Below are positions 60,244 through 64,000 of a stretch of DNA of 64,000 nt, piece after piece. The stretch is from Microthyrium microscopicum (taxonomy: Eukaryota), in assembly GCA_010405405.1 (NCBI GenBank), contig MU004230.1:4420282-4484281 (forward strand), in the 5' to 3' direction. How positions within the stretch are numbered: the stretch's first letter is position 1; every line of letters begins with the position of its first letter. The translations under genes and the position numbers were made by a program. The notes beneath the pieces are model-generated. The model did no database searches. It was given only the letters and a program-made list of their open reading frames with translations, and was not told the DNA's origin.

Positions 60244-63200
60244 ATGGCCTCTACCGCCCGGCCCGACCAGCTTGGAAATCCCAATGGTTTCAATGCCCAG
60301 GTTGGGTCAAGCCAGCCTCGGTCGGGTTCCTCCACTGCGGCAACATCTCCAATTGAACCTCCGTCTGCAGGAACCAGCTCTGCACGACTTCCAATTGGTT
60401 CAGGATTAAACAATTCTACCAACCAGATGGCTGGTATGCGTACCGGTTCTCCAAACCATGAATACCAAGCTCGCCTGTTCACAAAACGGTAAGCTAACAA
60501 TTGCTCCATGTATGACAATGTTTGTGCTCATCATCTACAGTGCCCGAGAAATTCAAGCTCAAGAAGGAATTGGACCACAAGTATGGGGACCTCCCACTAG
60601 TGGCAATAGTACTCCTCTCCGCGAGACTATACCAGAATCTCCCAGCGCCGACAGCTTTCCTGACTTTACACCTCCTCAATCAGATGCTACGACAAGCGGT
60701 GCGTCATTGCCCATACGGGGTCGAACACGCGCTGGAACATTGCCTTCGAGATTTTCTCCGGCAGGTATGGCATCGCTTGGATCACCTGCGCCAGGCCTGA
60801 TTGCGAAATCATCTCGGCCAACACCATCAACCAGTCCTTTCAAGCCCGGTATGAGTACACCAGACTCAATGGGGTATTCGACACCATTAAACATGGGAGC
60901 CGGAAATAAGGCGACATTATTGCAACGACTCCGAGCTGGATCCATGCCACAGCGTGCAAATTTATTATCATCTAATAGTCCATTTGGTCCCTCTTTATTC
61001 TCCACAAATTGGGGATCTGGTAGAGACCGCGGCAATACTCTTGCCAGCATTAGATCTGGTGATGGTCCGGCGTCACCAGCGCATTCTTCATTTTCGAGGG
61101 AATCCCTGGCCGATACTGATGTAAGAACGCTGGATTATCTTGGCCTGGTTGAAACTCCAAAGCCATCTCTAGCGAGCCTCTATGGCCATGATATGAACAG
61201 CTACCAAAATCAGCAAGCCTCTCAGGGATTACCAATGCAGACAGCTGCTGATCTCGCAGCCTATGCCAAAAACAATGCCAACAGATTTCGTTCATACTCT
61301 GTAAACGCAAAGGAAAAATACGCTGATGAAGAAGACGATATGGATGCCATGGGCTATGGTGGCTACAGTGGAACCATGACTCCAGAAAGCAACGCTGCAG
61401 CCTACAATATTCAAGAAGCCGTTCGACAACACAATCTTGAGGTGCAACTTTTCTCTCATATTGCCAATGCCAGTCGTCCTCGAGCAAGAACTGCCGGCGT
61501 GCTTGATTCTCCTTCGACTCGTCTTATGCGAAGCTATCTTCCTACGCCTTCCCGATTGGATAACAGCTTGAGCGCTGCAGATCTGCAACTAGCAGAAGAA
61601 GCAGAATATCATGGTCTTGAGGACGCCGTTCAGAAGATGCATTTGAATGCAGGTCTGATGCCTCAAGGCGAAGATATGGGTCTTGATACACCAACACGCG
61701 CTCTATGGCTTGGAAATATTCCTCTGTCAACCACGGTTTCCTCACTCAGCGTCATCTTCTCGCCATTCGGTGCTATTGAGTCATGTCGCGTGCTCACCAA
61801 CAAGAACTGCGGTTTTGTTAATTTCGAGACTGTTGAAAGTGCTGCAAGCGCTCGCATGAATCTCAATGGCAAAGAGATTTTCCCTGGTGCAGGCCCAGTC
61901 CGTATAGGCTACGCCAATCCTCCAAGTGCTTCTGGAACTCCAGGACCAAATGGCATAATGCCATCACCTAGCCCAGATCCACAATCAAGAGGTCAAACTG
62001 CTCCTGGGCAACCCTCTGGCTCTGTCGAACACTCCCCAGGTGGTAGCCCAGTTGATGCAGCTGGGACTGCCCGTACCTTGGACTTGCTTGAGATTCGACC
62101 CGAAATTCTATCTATTGTGGCTGAACTGGGTGCAACAGAGGAAGACCAGCAACGCATCTCGCAATATCTTGAAGATGCCATTCAGCACAACAATTACGAG
62201 ACGGAAGTTCCACCTGTTCTTGAGCCCAGCCACAGCCGAATTCACGATGCTCCTCGTCTTCGGGAGATCCGTAAACGCATTGACAACAACACGTGCTCTC
62301 CACAGGAAATTGAAGAGGTTGCTATCAATATGTTGGATGAGATTGCCGAACTCGCATCTGACTATCTCGGAAACACTGTTGTACAAAAGCTCTTCGAGTA
62401 TTGCTCTGAAAATGTACGAGCTCTTATGCTGGAGCGTATCGCACCTCACCTTGCAGAAATCGGTATTCACAAAAACGGCACTTGGGCTGCCCAAAAGATT
62501 ATTGATGTAGCCCGTACTCCGGTTCTTATGCGAATGGTTGTTGACAGCCTTCAACCATACGGCATGGCCCTGTTCTTGGATCAATTTGGCAACTATGTCA
62601 TGCAAGGATGCTTACGCTATGGCACACCACTCAATGACTTTATCTTCGAGGCTATGCTATGCAGACTTTGGGAACTTGCCCAAGGCCGCTTTGGTGCTCG
62701 AGCGATGCGAGCATGTCTCGAAAGCCACTATGCTACCAAAGAACAACAACGTATGGTTGCAGCAGCCATCACGCTTCACAGCGTACAATTGGCTACTAAT
62801 GCCAACGGTGCTCTTCTGCTAACCTGGTTCTTGGATACTTGCACATTCCCTCGCCGTCGTACAGTTCTGGCTCCACGCCTTGTTCCTCACCTCGTCCATC
62901 TTTGCACTCACAAGGTCGCATACCTGACAGTATTGAAGATTATTAATCAACGCAATGAGCCCGAGGCAAGAGATACAATACTTCAGGCGTTGTTCTTCTC
63001 GCCCAACGACAAGGTTCTTGAAGATATTCTCAGTGACCAACAATGTGGCTCAACTTTGATCTTCAAGGTTCTGACAACTCCATTCTTTGATGAGAAGATT
63101 CGCAATGACGTTGTTCAAAACGTGCGCAATGTCCTCATTCGCATCAAGGCTCAACCTCAACAAGGCTATAAGCGTCTCATGGATGAAGTAGGACTTTCAA

Positions 63201-63772
63201 CCCGTAACGGCGGACCCCGAGATCTCCACACCCCGCGAGAGGACGCTCCACGGCCAGGGTCCAAGCACTCCAACATGAATGGACAAGGTCAACAACAAGC
63301 TGCCGAGTCGCCACTAGCCCGACCGTTTTATCCAAGCATGCCTCAAAGCTACGATCACGGTATGGGAATGCAACGGAGTGGTAGCATGGAATCATCTTCA
63401 TACGATGGATATCCCGTCAACAACATGCAACAGTCCATGTATCCCACGTCGAATCCAGGAATGCCTGGTATGCCACCAATGACGCCGCAGCAAATGCAAT
63501 ATCAACAGATGATGGCAGCTTCCCGTCCACAGCAATCTTACTTCCAAAACGCAGGGATGAATGCCTACCCTTCGCCAGCCTCGTCCATGGACGCTTTTCG
63601 GAATAGCCCATCACCAATGGGTATGAATTCGGGCCTCATGCCACAAGCTGGCTTTGGCGCACCACCAGGCTTTGGCAACGGTCAAGGCATGTTCCAACAA
63701 TACCCAATGCAGTATGTGCAACCCGGCATGGCTCCCGGCGGTATGGGACCAGGTCGTCGGAGAGGACCATGA
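60244..63772 (+). CDS. JSN1: RRM + Pumilio-repeat RNA-binding protein Jsn1/Puf1-2 (intron 60489-60540)
   Basis: PTRALWLGNIP..CGFVNF RRM; PUF repeats LASDYLGNTVVQKLFE, HKNGTWAAQKIID, DQFGNYVMQ. Confidence 0.92.
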
Positions 63773-64000
63773 ACAACGCGTCCAGTACATCAACTAAATA
63801 ACACAAACCAAAGCGATGACCGCTTCTGTTTCAAATGCTCAAGTGTCTCCATAGAACGTCCCCAGGACAACATGACCTTTTTCCAAAATCTTTTCCATTG
63901 TGTCTCGGATACCCATCACCCACTTTTGATTCATTCGCTCCGGAGACAGAGATCTCCTAGATAGACGGGCACGACACATTACACTCGCTTGGTTGATTGA

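Overview
Gene-dense chromosomal segment of a filamentous ascomycete (inferred from short GT-AG introns with CTAAC/CTGAC branch points and fungal-type proteins). It carries about 23 mostly housekeeping genes: SSS1, MRC1, URA7, DPS1, SSZ1, an aldo-keto reductase with an adjacent Zn2Cys6 regulator, TFA2, MLP1/TPR, D-amino-acid oxidase, a sugar O-acetyltransferase, TTI1, STE14, SDS22, PSR1, CBP3, CEM1, an Ecl1-family gene, EFM3, RPS24, VPS72 and JSN1. No transposon or CRISPR array was seen. The standout is a tRNA-Leu(UAG) gene at 1981-2168. It folds into a complete cloverleaf only after removing two spliceosomal-type (GT...CTAAC...AG) introns, one in the D-stem/A-box and one in the 3' acceptor strand, plus an ordinary 37/38 tRNA intron. 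Secondary leads are an in-frame extension of VPS72 broken only by UAG codons, a long structured URA7 intron, a helically phased CCGCA array next to the Zn2Cys6 gene, and recurrent C-rich to G-rich skew flips. Gene calls rest on motif recognition and manual splicing, not database searches.
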